Of a stretch of DNA of 64,000 bases, positions 1 to 12,520 are shown piece after piece. The notes under the pieces were generated by a model that did not search any database, was not told where the DNA came from, and saw nothing but the letters and a program-made list of their open reading frames with translations. The DNA is from Leucoraja ocellata. Taxonomy: Eukaryota. Position 1 is the stretch's first letter, and each line of letters opens with the position of its first letter. The stretch covers positions 248,001 through 312,000 of the forward strand of contig JAWMAR010000201.1 in NCBI GenBank assembly GCA_036785375.1, read 5' to 3'. A program made the position numbers and the translations under genes.

Positions 1-519
1 TTAGGTGAATGGTCACAGTTTTTTCCTTAGAGGATAGAGGAGTCGAGAACAGGAGGCATGGGTTTAAGATGAGAAGAGAAAGATTTAGAACACCTGTCGA
101 GCAATGTTTTCTTGTAGAGAGTGGTGTATGTGTGGTACAAGCTGCCAGAAGAAGCTGCAGAGGAAGGTATAATGGAGACTATTAAAAAAAACATTTAGAC
201 AAGTACATAGATAGGAACGGTTTACAGGGACATGGGCCAATCCAGCCAAATGGGACTAGATCAGTTTTAATGAACTAAAGCATGACCAGCATGGACAAGT
301 TGGGCCAAAGGGTCCATTCTGTGTAAGAAAGAACTGCAGATGCTGGTTTAAAATGAAGGGGGACACAAAATGCTGGAGTAACTCAGTGGGTGAGGCAGCA
401 TCTCTGGAGAGAAGGAATGGGCGACTGGGCCTCAGGTTTCAGAAGAAAAAGGGTCTCAACCCAAAACATCGCCCATTCCTTCTCCCCAGAGATGCTGCCT
501 CGCCTGCTTAGTTACTCCA

Positions 520-760
520 ACATAATTCTATAATTTGTCTGCATCCGTGCTTCTCTATCTCCTGCTGACTATAGGGATGCCAATTTTAAATCTATGTAGA
601 AGATCCCCGAAAGGTCTACTAAGAAGAAAAGCCCACTTGGATTCATTCAAAGAGCATTCTATGGTATGCTCCCGCAGTGGACCCCTGAACTAATATTGCA
701 ATATGTGCTCCTCTTTTAAGTCCTCCTTCCCCATCACGCTTGAAGAGTTTAGTTCCTGTT
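520..760 (-). pseudogene. Gene C decayed IgV-like exon, truncated by a repeat
   Basis: Phase-1 frame reads QELNSSSVMGKED...QY*FRGP...IEC..., later DAD(N)YRIM across frameshifts, resembling the D-x-x-x-Y F-strand motif; multiple stops. Confidence 0.4.
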
Positions 761-832
761 CTGGAAAAATGAAAGAAATCCGCTCAGAGAGGGGGAAATG
801 AAATAAAATGACTCGCTCAGAATGAAACTCAC

Positions 833-887
833 GGATTGTGCTGGGGAGAGACAGCCAGAAGCAGATGAGCAGGCACCAAACATCCAT
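833..887 (-). pseudogene. Gene C signal-peptide exon (MDVWCLLICFWLSLPSTI)
   Basis: aagATG, hydrophobic 18 aa, phase-1 donor C|GTGAGT; followed 72 nt later by a good acceptor (tttcatttttccag). Confidence 0.6.
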
Positions 888-3800
888 CTTTTTCTCAGCA
901 ACCAGTGTGAAGTGGACACCTGATCTGTCCCGATGGACACCTTTTCTCTTCAGGAAAGATGTCAAACTCCTGGACTCACTCAAGGATGGGATTGGTGCAG
1001 TGGAGCAATGTGAGAGAGGACAGAGGGCGACTTCCCTCAGTCTCAGCGCCCTTCCTATCCCGCTGCTTCTGTGCAACTGAAACAATCGAGAGAGATGGAC
1101 AGGAAGTCAGTGTGGGAGGAGGCGAGTTCACAATAGAAGCCACAAAGGGGTGACAGGACTAGCGATATCAAAACAATGGCCAAGAAAACACACCAACACC
1201 TCTACTTCCTTTGAAGGCTTCGGAAGTTCGGCATGTTCCCAACAAAGCTCACCAACCTCCACTGATGCGCCGTAGGGAGCATTTTATCAGGAGGCATCAC
1301 AGCACAGTTTGGAAACATCTTCATCCAAGATGGCAAGAAATTACAGAGAACCCTCCAGTTTTCCGGCACCTCACCCGTGCCTAACAATGATGCATACATC
1401 TCACCCAGGGCTACTGCAATTTCTTCTCTAGCTTACTAGTGTTCTTGGATCTACCTGATCAGGCCCTGAAGATTTATTTACCATCATACATTTTAACATG
1501 TGAACATGTATATGAAATGTAATATGTCAACAAGTATTAGGTACTGAGGTACCACAGTATTGTACTTAATTCTAACAAAAATAAAAAAATAAAAAATTTA
1601 AAATACATTTTAACATGTCAAGCACCTTCTGTAATTACCAAGACATCCGCATTTTCGAAGTTAATTCGGCTTCATGTCTTTCTCTATTTGTAAGAACGAG
1701 AGGATAAATATTAATTGAGGACCTCATCCATCTCTTCTTCCTCCAAACTTAAATGTCCAGTTTGGTCTTCGGTATTATCTCATTTGTTCCTCTTTTTCAC
1801 AGTGCACATTTGGACCAGTTTCTTGATCTTTGTAATAAAAAGGAACTACAGATGCTGGCTTATACCAAAACACTGGAGTAACTCAGTGGGTCAGGCCTTA
1901 CTCCAAAATTTTGTGTGTATATCTCTTGTTATCCAGAGTTCTCTACTCCTGCCAGCCTCACGCCATCTCCTTCACATCAAGCATCCCCTCCCCTCCCCAT
2001 CATACTCTGCCCTAAGCTTTTTGTTCGGGCCATGGCCACATGGTCTCTAATATCCTGCTGTGGGTGGGAATTAGATGGGGGATTCGTCTACACAGAGACA
2101 AGAGAGAACATTGACGATGTCATGCAAAGAACAACCTGCTGGAAAACAGCGGGTTGAGCAGCATCTGCAGAAGGAGATGCTTCAGCATATTTGGTCCATG
2201 CCTCGCGTTAGCGTCAAGGGTCAGTTACCAAATGTATTTTTCCCGCAGATGGACATAAAATGCTGGAGTAACTCAGCGGGATAGAAGGAATGGGTGACGT
2301 TTTGAGTGGAGACCCTTCTGAAACGTCACCCATTCCTTCTATCCAGAGACGCTACGTGTCCCGCTGAATTACTCCAGCATTTTGATTCTATCTTCGGTAT
2401 AAACGGGTAAATCTACAGTTCCTTCCGCCACGTCTCTTCTCGCAGCCGCCAGACTAGTGACCCACGGCATCATTCAACGAGTTCGCACGCATCCTGGCCT
2501 GGGCGCATTTGAATTGGTCGGTGCTGAGAGTGACGGAGAGCGGGGGTGCGAAAAGGAGAGCGACCGCACCCCCCTTTATTTCCAGAGTTAAAAAAAAAGA
2601 AGTCCCAACTGCCTCCCCTTTAGGCGGTGGGCAGGGACGGGCTGCGGGGCGATGATGCCGGTGTTGGCCGAGGAGCGCTGACCTTCCTTCCTCCTCGCCA
2701 CCTCCTATGCATCTTCTCTCTCTTGTACGACCCCCCCCCCCCCTTTATCCTGGGACCCATCCTATCCACCCCACACTGATCCCAATTCCCCATCTATTCA
2801 GTCCTTACTGCCACCCCCGTGCTTCCCTCCCGAACTACCCCCCCCCCCCCATCTATTCATCCTGCACTGATCTCCCTATCCACCTCGCATTGATTCTCCT
2901 GCTTTCCCCCCATCCCCCCCATCCATCCTACACTGGTCCCCCAATTCATCCTGTATTGACCCCCTTCCCATCCATCCTGCACTGTCTTCTCCATTCATCC
3001 TGCACAGACCCCCCGATCCACACTGTACTGACCCACCCCCATTCATCCTGTACTGAGCCCCCCATTCATCCTGCACGGACCCCCCCCCCCCCCCTCCCAT
3101 CCATCCTGTACTGATTACCCCCATCTATCCCGTACTCCCCCACTGACATCCCCGCATTCTCCCCTCACATGTTTACCTACTCAACCAACACACACTAATA
3201 GGGGGGTTGCACGTAAGGTCACTGGGTCATAGGGCTTGACGCACGGAGCCACTCAATCCACCTGGAGGACATCCGGAACTTCCGGTATATGTTATTAATG
3301 TTATAAAACGCGTACTTTCCTACCTGTTAAAAACTGCCAAAATGTTGAATCTTTGCGCTGAAAAAAATTGTGGAAGTCGGGGTAAGTGTGAGAGACATGT
3401 ACCCAACCTCAGAATTCCAAATGTGAAACGAAATTAAGGTAAAGAGAAGCGAGAGCTGAAGGGACAACAGCAGCTAAAGTGCTTGGTAAACATTGGCTGT
3501 GCAGATATCAGAATTGAAAATATTGGGAATATTGAGAAGGCAATCGTTGCAGAATGGATGGATTGAGGCAGGAGAATAGGGAGGTTTCACGGCAGTCGAG
3601 TCACGACCCATGACCCGTACTGTTGCTACACTACTCCAAATGGAGTACAGGCGATGAACTGCAGGTAAGCACTTACCATTGTTTCCAACGTAGTGGGCCC
3701 GTTAAAACCCGCTGAAATTGTCAATTTTTGCGCTGTAAATAATTATGGAAATCGGGATAAGCGTGTGAGACATTTAGCCTACTTCAGAATTCCAAAAGTG

Positions 3801-4056
3801 AGGAGAAATGACGGTAGATAGAAGCGAGATCTGAAGGGACAACAGCCAAAGTGCTTAGCGAACATTGGCCGTTTGCTCACTGTATTTCATCAACAATAAG
3901 GCATTATTTGTGTTTTGTCTTGAATCCTTTGGTATCTAAAAAGTCTCAGAAGTGATAAATCTGGCTAAATCTTGCTTCAGAGGCATTTTCATTTTGTATG
4001 TAAAAACCCACTTGAGAAGCATGGGCGATTTAAAAAATTTACAGCCAGATTTATCA

Positions 4057-5601
4057 CTGGCAACGGGAGCAGCAACGTCGGAAGGGGGAGAATTAGCAGA
4101 GGGGACAGAGGCTGCAGCACCCCACGGTGCACAAGTAACCACTCCAGCAGCGTCCCAGGAAGCACCAGTTGCCACGCCAGCTGCATCCCAGGGTGCACAA
4201 GTAACCACGCCAGCAGCGTCACGAGAAGCAGCATCAGGTTGCCCCAAGGAGCCGCTCAAGGGGCAGGTTGGTGAAGGGTCATGGGGGGGGGGGGGGGTGA
4301 ATCAGTGCGGGATGGATAGATGGGGGGGTTGAGAAGGCAATCGTTGCAGAATGGATGGATTGAGGCAGGAGAATAGGGAGGTTTCATGGCAGTCGAGTCA
4401 CGACCCATGACCCATACTGTTGCTACACTACTCCAAATGGAGTACAGGCGATGAACTGCAGGTAAGCACACCATTGTTTCCAGCGTAGTGGGCCCGTTAA
4501 AACCCGCTGAAATTGTCAATTTTTGCGCTGTAAATAATTATGGAAATCGGGATAAGCGTGTGAGACATTTAGCCTACTTCAGAATTCCGAAAGTGAGGAG
4601 AAATGACGGTAGATAGAAGCGAGATCTGAAGGGACAACAGTCAAAGTGCTTAGCGAACATTGGCCGTTTGCTCACTGCATTTCATCAACTAAGGCATTAT
4701 TTGTGTTTTTTGTTGATCCCTTTGGCATCTAAAAAGTTTCAGAAGTGATAAATCTGGCTGTAAATTTTTTAAATCGCCCATGCTTCTCAAGTGGGTTTTT
4801 ACATACAAAATGAAAATGCCTCTGAAACAAGATTTAGCCAGATTTATCACTTCTGAAACTTTTTAGATGCCAAAGGGATCAACAAAAAACACAAATAATG
4901 CCTTAGTTGATGAAATGCAGTGAGCAAACGGCCAATGTTCGCTAAGCACTTTGACTGTTGTCCCTTCAGATCTCGCTTCTATCTACCGTCATTTCTCCTC
5001 ACTTTCGGAATTCTGAAGTAGGCTAAATGTCTCACACGCTTATCCCGATTTCCATAATTATTTACAGCACAAAAATTGACAATTTCAGCGGGTTTTAACG
5101 GGCCCACTACGCTGGAAACAATGGTAAGTGCTTACCTGCAGTTCATCGCCTGTACTCCATTTGGAGTAGTGTAGCAACAGTATGGGTCATGGGTCGTGAC
5201 TCGACTGCCATGAAACCTCCCTAATCTCCTGCCTCAATCCATCCATTCTGCAACGATTGCCTTCTCAACCCCCCCATCTATCCATCCCGCACTGATTCAC
5301 CCACCCCCCCCTGACCCTTCACCAACCTGCCCCTTGAGCGGCTCCTTGGGGCAACCTGATGCTGCTTCTCGTGACGCTGCTGGCGTGGTTACTTGTGCAC
5401 CCTTGATGCAGCTGGCGTGGCAACTGGTGCTTCCTGGGACGCTGCTGGAGTGGTTACTTGTGCACCCTGGGTTGTTGCTGGTGAGGCTGCCGTTTCTTCC
5501 TGGAGTGCTGCTGGAGTGGTTACTTGTGCACCGTGGGGTGCTGCAGCCTCTGTCCCCTCTGCTAATTCTCCCCCTTCCGACGTTGCTGCTCCCGTTGCCA
5601 G
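4057..5601. repeat. Long inverted repeat (arms 4057-4759 and 4836-5601, ~76-bp spacer)
   Basis: Arms are near-perfect reverse complements (right arm has one extra 60-bp unit); a third direct copy of part of the arm lies at ~3533-3966. Confidence 0.9.
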
Positions 5602-6090
5602 CCCCTGCTGCTTGTCGCCCCGGCCGCTAGAGCCGGACAGCAGCCAACGGACCAGGCTGCCAGTGCCCTTGAAACTGGTGGCCGCCGCTCCTCGCATAAA
5701 CTCGCACTTCTGCCGATACATGACCAGCGAGTCAGGCCTGAGCTGCATCTTGGAGCTGGAGTGACGCACAATGTCAGGCGGGAGCCCCAGCTGCCCACTC
5801 TGCTGGGGGCTGCCGGAGGCCAGGTAAGTCTTCATGCTGCTGCTCACCCCGCTGCCGCTGCCTTCCTCGGAGGCAGAGCTGCTCCAAACCATTGGGCTCC
5901 ACTTCGTCACCTGGCTCCTCAAGTGCTTGGCCTTGTTGGCAGCCAGTCTCTCCACAGTGCTCTGCCGACCCCGCCTGTCCCCCTCCATTTGTCTACAGGG
6001 GTAGCCGGATCCCTTGGACATGAGCCTAAGTGCCAGAGAGATGCTCGCCTCGGGCGACATGCTTGCAGTGGGCGCGATCTCGCTCAGCAT
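5600..6090 (-). pseudogene. FAM110C: FAM110C-like N-terminal coding fragment inside a hAT-derived element; part of a 233-aa chimeric ORF (5389-6090)
   Basis: LALRLMSKGSGY...STVERLAANKAKHLRSQ and LRPDSLVMYRQKCEFMRG...SLVRWL match FAM110 family motifs as I recall them (SAVERLEADKAKYVKS; RPDSLIIYRQKCEFVRG). The C-terminal FAM110 domain is absent. Confidence 0.75.
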
Positions 6091-8799
6091 CTTGCTTTGA
6101 TCCAGCCAAAGAGGACAAACACGTTTTCACATCCGCAAAGAAGTAAAGACCAGGACTTCCATGAGCAATGACAGGCTGTCTGTATTTGCCTTAATCAACA
6201 TTCACTATGACTTTGCTCATAACTTGGAGAAAGTCGTGACTAGGTTTGCGCAGTTACATTCCTGGAAAATAGACTGGAAAACACGATTTATGGCTAAATG
6301 GCAATATATGCAGGCGTGCCACGAGTGTCCATCACCTGTATCACTACGCCAGGACTTCCATGAGCAATGACAAGCTGTCTGCACTCGCCTTAATGCACAT
6401 TCACTATGACTTTGCTCATGACTTGGATAAAGTGATGAGTAGGTTTGCACAGTTACATTCTCGGAAAACTGAACTATTTCATGTCAAAGTTGATGTGATG
6501 TGAAGTTGTTAGGTCAGGAGTATCATTAAAGGTGCACTGCACACACTAACACAGTAACAGTAACAGGCAATCAAATCATCACACAAAACATTTTCTAAAA
6601 AAAGGTTTTCTTTAAATTTGGTGCAAAAAGCTCCAAAATAAGGCTCAGAATGCACCAGAGAGCATCTAAAACTCCAAAGCTTTCAGGGCCCCTGGAACCC
6701 GGACGTGAGGGGCTTCCCGCTTGTGATGTGCGCTGCGTGCACATTATTTCACATAAATCTTTTGGATTCCTGTCATGCCACCCCCCCCCTTTTTGAAAAG
6801 CTTCGTACGGGCCTGACATACCATTCGCTTTCTTCACTGCCTGCTTCACCTGCATGCCTACTTTCAATGACTGGTGTACCACGACACCCAGGTCTCGTTG
6901 CATCTCCCTTTTCTGTAATCGGCCACCAGGTGGGGCAGGTTGACAGAGCAATTAATAAAGTGGATAGGATGATGGACAATAACAGATACATTAATATAAC
7001 AATTATGCCACATAATATAATACATTGTTGGGATCATAAGAATAGAATTGTATATGGTTGTATGTTACATGTATATGGTTACAGTCATCATACATTAGGA
7101 AGGAAATTAAGGCTTTAATGTGTGCTCCTCGTGGCATGTCGTTGTTCCCTTGGTATGGGAGCTGCACACGTGCAACAGAGTCTAGATCATAGTCCCTTCT
7201 ACGATCTTTGGTCTAGATGTTCAGTTGAATTTGTACGAGAGGCAGAAAGAAATTGCATTATTTAGCCTGCCCGATCTCTCCCACTTGATAGCTCAGATAG
7301 ACAAGTCATGGCAACGAGTCGACTATCTGAGCTGTAGGGAGAGAGCGGGCAGGCTAAATAATATTTTCATTACACGACAGAAAGTAATACATTTTTTCTC
7401 ACCTTTCGTTTTTCGTGGGGAACCTGAAGAAAGATTGGTCGGGTCGCATACCATGGCGATTTGAGCAGTACGCTGCGCTTGTAGATGACAGAAGCCGGTT
7501 ACAGAAATGGCACTGAAGATTACCCATCCGCTACTACGGCTTTTCTCTGGTATCTTTGTCCACCACCCTCTCATGCAGTGTGGTCCAGTCTCCAACCACC
7601 CTTTGGGTGAAACAATCTTTTCCTCAGATCGCTCTTATTCCTCACCCTAACCTTATGCCCCCTTACTGTGAACACATCTATTGTGGGGTTAGGGAACATA
7701 CTGATGAATCTCCTCTGCACTCTCACCAGTGCAATGAAATCCCTCCTTTAGTGCGGTGACCCGAACTGTATATAATACGCTCACTGAATTCTAATCAATG
7801 TGTTACAAAGTTGTACCATAACCTCTCTGTTCTGTATTAAATGTCCCAGCTGATGAACCCACACACAGGATGGTGTGCCTCCCTGGTGCCAGAGTTGGGG
7901 ATGTGTCTGAATGCAACAGAACATTCGCAAGGTGAGGGGTGGGGTGGGCGTCGGCGGTGAGTGGCCTGAAGTTGTTGACAGGGAGAGAAACGCTGAGATC
8001 CTGTGGACCAGAAAAGATTTACTAGGATGTTGCCAAGATAATGCGGACTGAGTTACAGGGAAAGGTTGGCCAGGCTAGGACTTTATTCATTGAACGGACA
8101 AGACTAATCTTATCGAGGTATCTAAAATCATGAATAACATAGATAGGATGATTGCACATAGTCTTTTTCCTGGTGTTGGGGAATTAAGAACTTGAGGGCA
8201 GAGCTCTAAGATGAGAGGGGAAAGATTGAACAGGAAACTGGGGGGCATATTTTTCACATAGAAAGAGGGGGTGGAATATATATATAATACTGTATATGGA
8301 ATGCTGCCAGGGGTAGGTACTTCGTAACATTTAAGACTTTTGGACAGGTACGTGGAATGGTTTAGATGGATGTCAAAGTTTGGCAAATGGTAACAGCTAA
8401 GTTAGGATGGATGAGTTGGGCCGAAGAGCCTATCTTCTTGGAGACGCAAGGAACTGCTGAATCTGGTTTATTATAAAGACGTACAGTGCAAATGGCAAAG
8501 GGCCCGGATGAATGTCTGGACAAGTGATATTTCAGGTTAACACCTTTCTTAAGATTGATTGTAATAGTGAATTGGGAGGGGGGGGGGGGGGGGGGGTTAG
8601 GCTGTTGGGTGGAGATATAGATAGTTAGAAGAGAGGTGGGGGCAGGACAAACTTTGGGAAGTGATGGGTTGGTGCAGGTGAGGTGGGATTTGATTGGCAG
8701 TTGCATAATTCTCCGACATTTCTGCCATCTTCAATGTGATCCCACCACCAGTCTCATCTTCCCATCCCCACCCCTTTCCACCTTCTGCAGAGACAACTC

Positions 8800-10310
8800 C
8801 CTTCACAACCTGGTTTCATTCATCTCTTCCCACATTTTCCACACTTTCCCTCGTTACTTACATGTGACACCTGCTCTATAATGCGAATGGTAGGCAAGAA
8901 TTAGATGGGCCAAAGGGCCTGTTCCAATCTGTATCTCATACCTAACCTAAAATATAGTTAAATATATTAAAATATTGTAACCATTTGCTGTTTTTCTAGC
9001 TCTGATATTCTACTTCCCCTTTCTTTGTCAACACCTTGATCCTTTGCTCAACTGTGAAATGTTTTGCAGTCCTTGGGTCCAACATTCATTGGTAACATTT
9101 TAAGTTTGAGTTTATTATTGTCATGTGTGTGAGGTACAGTGTAAATCTTTATTTTGCAGGCCACCCAAACAGATCAGATAGTCCATGCCCAGCCACAATC
9201 ATTTCAAATTGAGTACAGTAGATGGAGCAAAGACAAAGATTGAGTGTCGAATGTAGTTCCCATCATTGTGGCACCAGTTTTCAACATTTCCATTGATCTA
9301 ATCTCTTTAATCTTATTAACCACAGATTAACCACTTATTAACCACAAATTACTTATGTTTGTGTACCGGTGTGTAAATATTTCTAACTACTGGCTCGGTC
9401 TAGTTAAAGGGTGCCATTACTGGCTCCTACCATGTTTTTGAAGGTAGAATCTCAGTCAAACAGTCATCGCAGTGTCTGCTCTCAGTTTGCTTTATTCAGA
9501 TATATTCACACTGTAGTTGCTGGGGGGGGAGGGGATGTCCGTCGTTACAGACAAACTAGCAATTTCATCACTGAACAAACACAATTGGAAACCTTTGCAA
9601 CTGCCGTTGGTTCCAGGAACAGTCCATTGTTTCTTGGGATCATTGATCTGGCACAGGCTCTGTTCTGATCCTGTGCCCGCGGCGTTATCCCTCTCCCGGT
9701 CTCACCTGCTCCACTCGCAGACACTCCACCTCCATGTTTCATTCATCCCTTTCCACATTTTCCATCCCCTCCCTCGGTATTTACATGTACTGTAACAAAT
9801 GCCCTATAGTGTGAATAGGTAATCAAAGGTCTGCATGGACTGGGAGGGCTGAAGGGCCTGTTCCACGCTGCATTTCCTACCTGAATTAAAGTATAGTTTC
9901 TCCTGTCTGAGTCGTGATGGTTCCATATCAACATTAGCCAATCATTGCCACTCTACAGATCCACAGATGTTTGTTTTTTGTTGTTTTTCTTGCTCTTTTA
10001 TTCTGCCCCTTTCTTTGCCAATGACTTGATCCTTTTCTCAACTGTGAAACATTTTACAAACCGTGGGTACAAATGCTACAAACTTTGGTAACATTTTAAG
10101 TTTGTGTTTATTATTGTCACGTGTGCTGAGGTACAGTGGAAAGCTTTATTTTGCATGCTACTCAAACAGATTAGATAGTCCATACATAGACAATAACTTC
10201 AAACTAAAGTACAGTAGATAGAGCAAAAGTGAATATATAGCGAGCAGAATATAGTTCCCAGCAGTGCAGCTCATCAGTTTTCGTCCTTTTAAAAAAATCT
10301 CTTTAATCTT
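8800..10310 (+). repeat. Old diverged ~1-kb tandem duplication; the 9530-9730 segment recurs at 12690-12900
   Basis: 8810/9735 and 9020/10006 segments align with substitutions. Confidence 0.7.
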
Positions 10311-11574
10311 AGGTGGGTGTGGCGGCGCCTAACGGCAGCGGCTCGACTACAGTCGTCTTTTTTTAATTTTTGTCTTGTTAAATGTATGTCTTGATCCTAG
10401 TTTTTATTATTTTTTTAGCTGTGTATATGTGGGGGGTGGAGGGGGGGGGGGGGGGGGGGGGAAACCGTTAATCTCTTCCCTTAACGGGGACGCAACATTT
10501 TCCCTGTCGGGTCTCCGGTGTCGTTGAGCCTATCATCGTGGAGCCGGCGGCAGCCTCCGGCCGGGACCAGCCTGAGGGCTCCAGTCGCGGAGCCTGCAGA
10601 CCTGACATCGCGGATCTGGCCGACTTCGGAACGGGAGGATCTGTGGTGGCGTGCGGCTGCGGCCAGACTTCGGAGCTTCGGAGGCTCCGGCCGCAGGCCC
10701 GGTGGACAGGAACATCGGGAGCTCCAGGTCCCTAATGGGGGGGGACGGCTTTTTGGAGCTCCCGTAACGGCAACTTCTACCGCTGGAATCGTGGGGTTTA
10801 AAGGACAAGGAGCCGGGGCCTAACATCGCCGGCGTGGCTTAATGGCCACAGGACTTACCATCGTCCACCGGGGGCTTTAACATCGGAGCCCCAGTTGGGC
10901 GACATTTTCGGCGACAGACTGAAAAGAGGTTGTCGCGGGGTGGCGCATGTGGAGACGCGCGGTGTCTCCCTGCCGCCCCTGGATTTTGGAATGTTCAAAA
11001 TCTTCAGACGACATCTGGGTGTCTTGTCATGTCGTGCGCCCTGTCACACGCTGACGTACGCTGTCCTGCGGGTGATACCCAGTGACGCGGGTATATAACG
11101 CGCCGACTTTCAAAGCTTTTTAGATTATTTGGCTGAAGATAGCCAGGGCCAAAGTGCCCATAAACAATGAAAAGTACAAAAGTACATAAATGTACAAAGT
11201 ACATTATTAAGAACATCTGAAATGATGTTCATTCTAATGTGGTGAACAAATAAAGATCTTTTTGCCTAGTTGAAGTTCATTGGAGTTGATGTAAATTGTA
11301 ACCTCATTGTCAGATCTGACTATTGTTCCTGAATAAAATGTTTGTATAAGTATGGTGTTCTTTGAAATATGGCGTTAAATATATGCAGTTATTTTTGTTG
11401 ACGTTAAACCTTTCTTGTTAAACAAATTACTGTTTCTCAATATGATGTTATTTTTAAGCTATTAAATAAACAATTCATTTCTTAAAAAGTTGTTGGTCCT
11501 TAGATTTATTGTAGATAAGTTCATTTCCAATGTGATTATTATACTTCAGTGTAACCTTCTTGTGTTGTGAAGGT

Positions 11575-12520
11575 GGGTGACGCGGAATTGAATGCAACAT
11601 CTCCAAGTTTGCGGATGACACGAAACTGGGGGGCAGTGTTAGCTGTGAGGAGGATGCTAGGAGGCTGCAAGGTGACTTGGACAGGCTGGGTGAGTGGGCA
11701 AATGCATGGCAGATGCAGTATTATGTGGATAATTGTGAGGTTATGCACTTTGGTGGCAAAAACAGGAAAGTAGACTATATCTAAATGATGGCCGATTAGG
11801 AAAAGGGGAGATGCAACGAGAACTGTGTGTCATGGTACACCAGTCATTGAAAGTAGGCATGCAGGTGCAGCAGGCAATGAACAAAGCGAATGGTATGTTA
11901 GCATTCATAGCAAAAGGATTTGAGTATAGGAGGAGGGAGGTTCTATTGCAGTTGTACAGGGTTTTGGTGAGACCACACCTGGAGTATTGCGTACAGTTTT
12001 GGTCTCCAAATCTGAGGAAAGACATTCTTGCCATAGAGGGAGTACGGAGAAAGTTCACCAGACTGACTTTCATATGAAGAACGACTGTATAGACTTGGCT
12101 TGTACACGCTAGAATTTAGAAGATTGTGGGGGGATCTTATAGAAACTTACAAAATTCTTAAGGGGTTGGACAGGCTAGATGCAGGAAGATTGTTCCCGAT
12201 GTTGGGGAAGTCCAGGACCAGGGGACACAGTTTAAGGATAAGGGGGAAATCCTTTAGGACCGAGATGAGAAAAACATTTTTCACACAGAGAGTGGTGAAT
12301 CTCTGGAACTCTCTGCCATAGAAGGTAGTTGAGGCCAGTTCATTGGCTATATTTAAGAGGGAGTTAGATGTGGCCCTTGTGGCTAAAGGGATCAGGTGGT
12401 ATGGAGAGAAGGCAGGTACAGGATACTGAGTTGGATGATCAGCCATGATCATATTGAATGGCGGTGCAGGCTCGAAGGGCCGAATAGCCTACTCCTGCAC
12501 CTATTTTCAATGTTTCAATG
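11575..12520 (+). mobile_element. CR1/HER1-type LINE 3' fragment
   Basis: [41 protein letters not shown]; typical 3' UTR. Confidence 0.9.

Larger units (their letters stand above)
2602..6815 (+). mobile_element. Non-autonomous composite hAT-derived DNA transposon
   Basis: hAT C-terminal dimerisation remnant (MSNDRLSVFALINIHYDFAHNLEKVVTRFAQLH, 6161-6280, tandemly repeated at ~6345-6475); ends GTACGGGCCTG; homologous to 40574-41523 at both ends. Left terminus not resolved. Confidence 0.7.
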
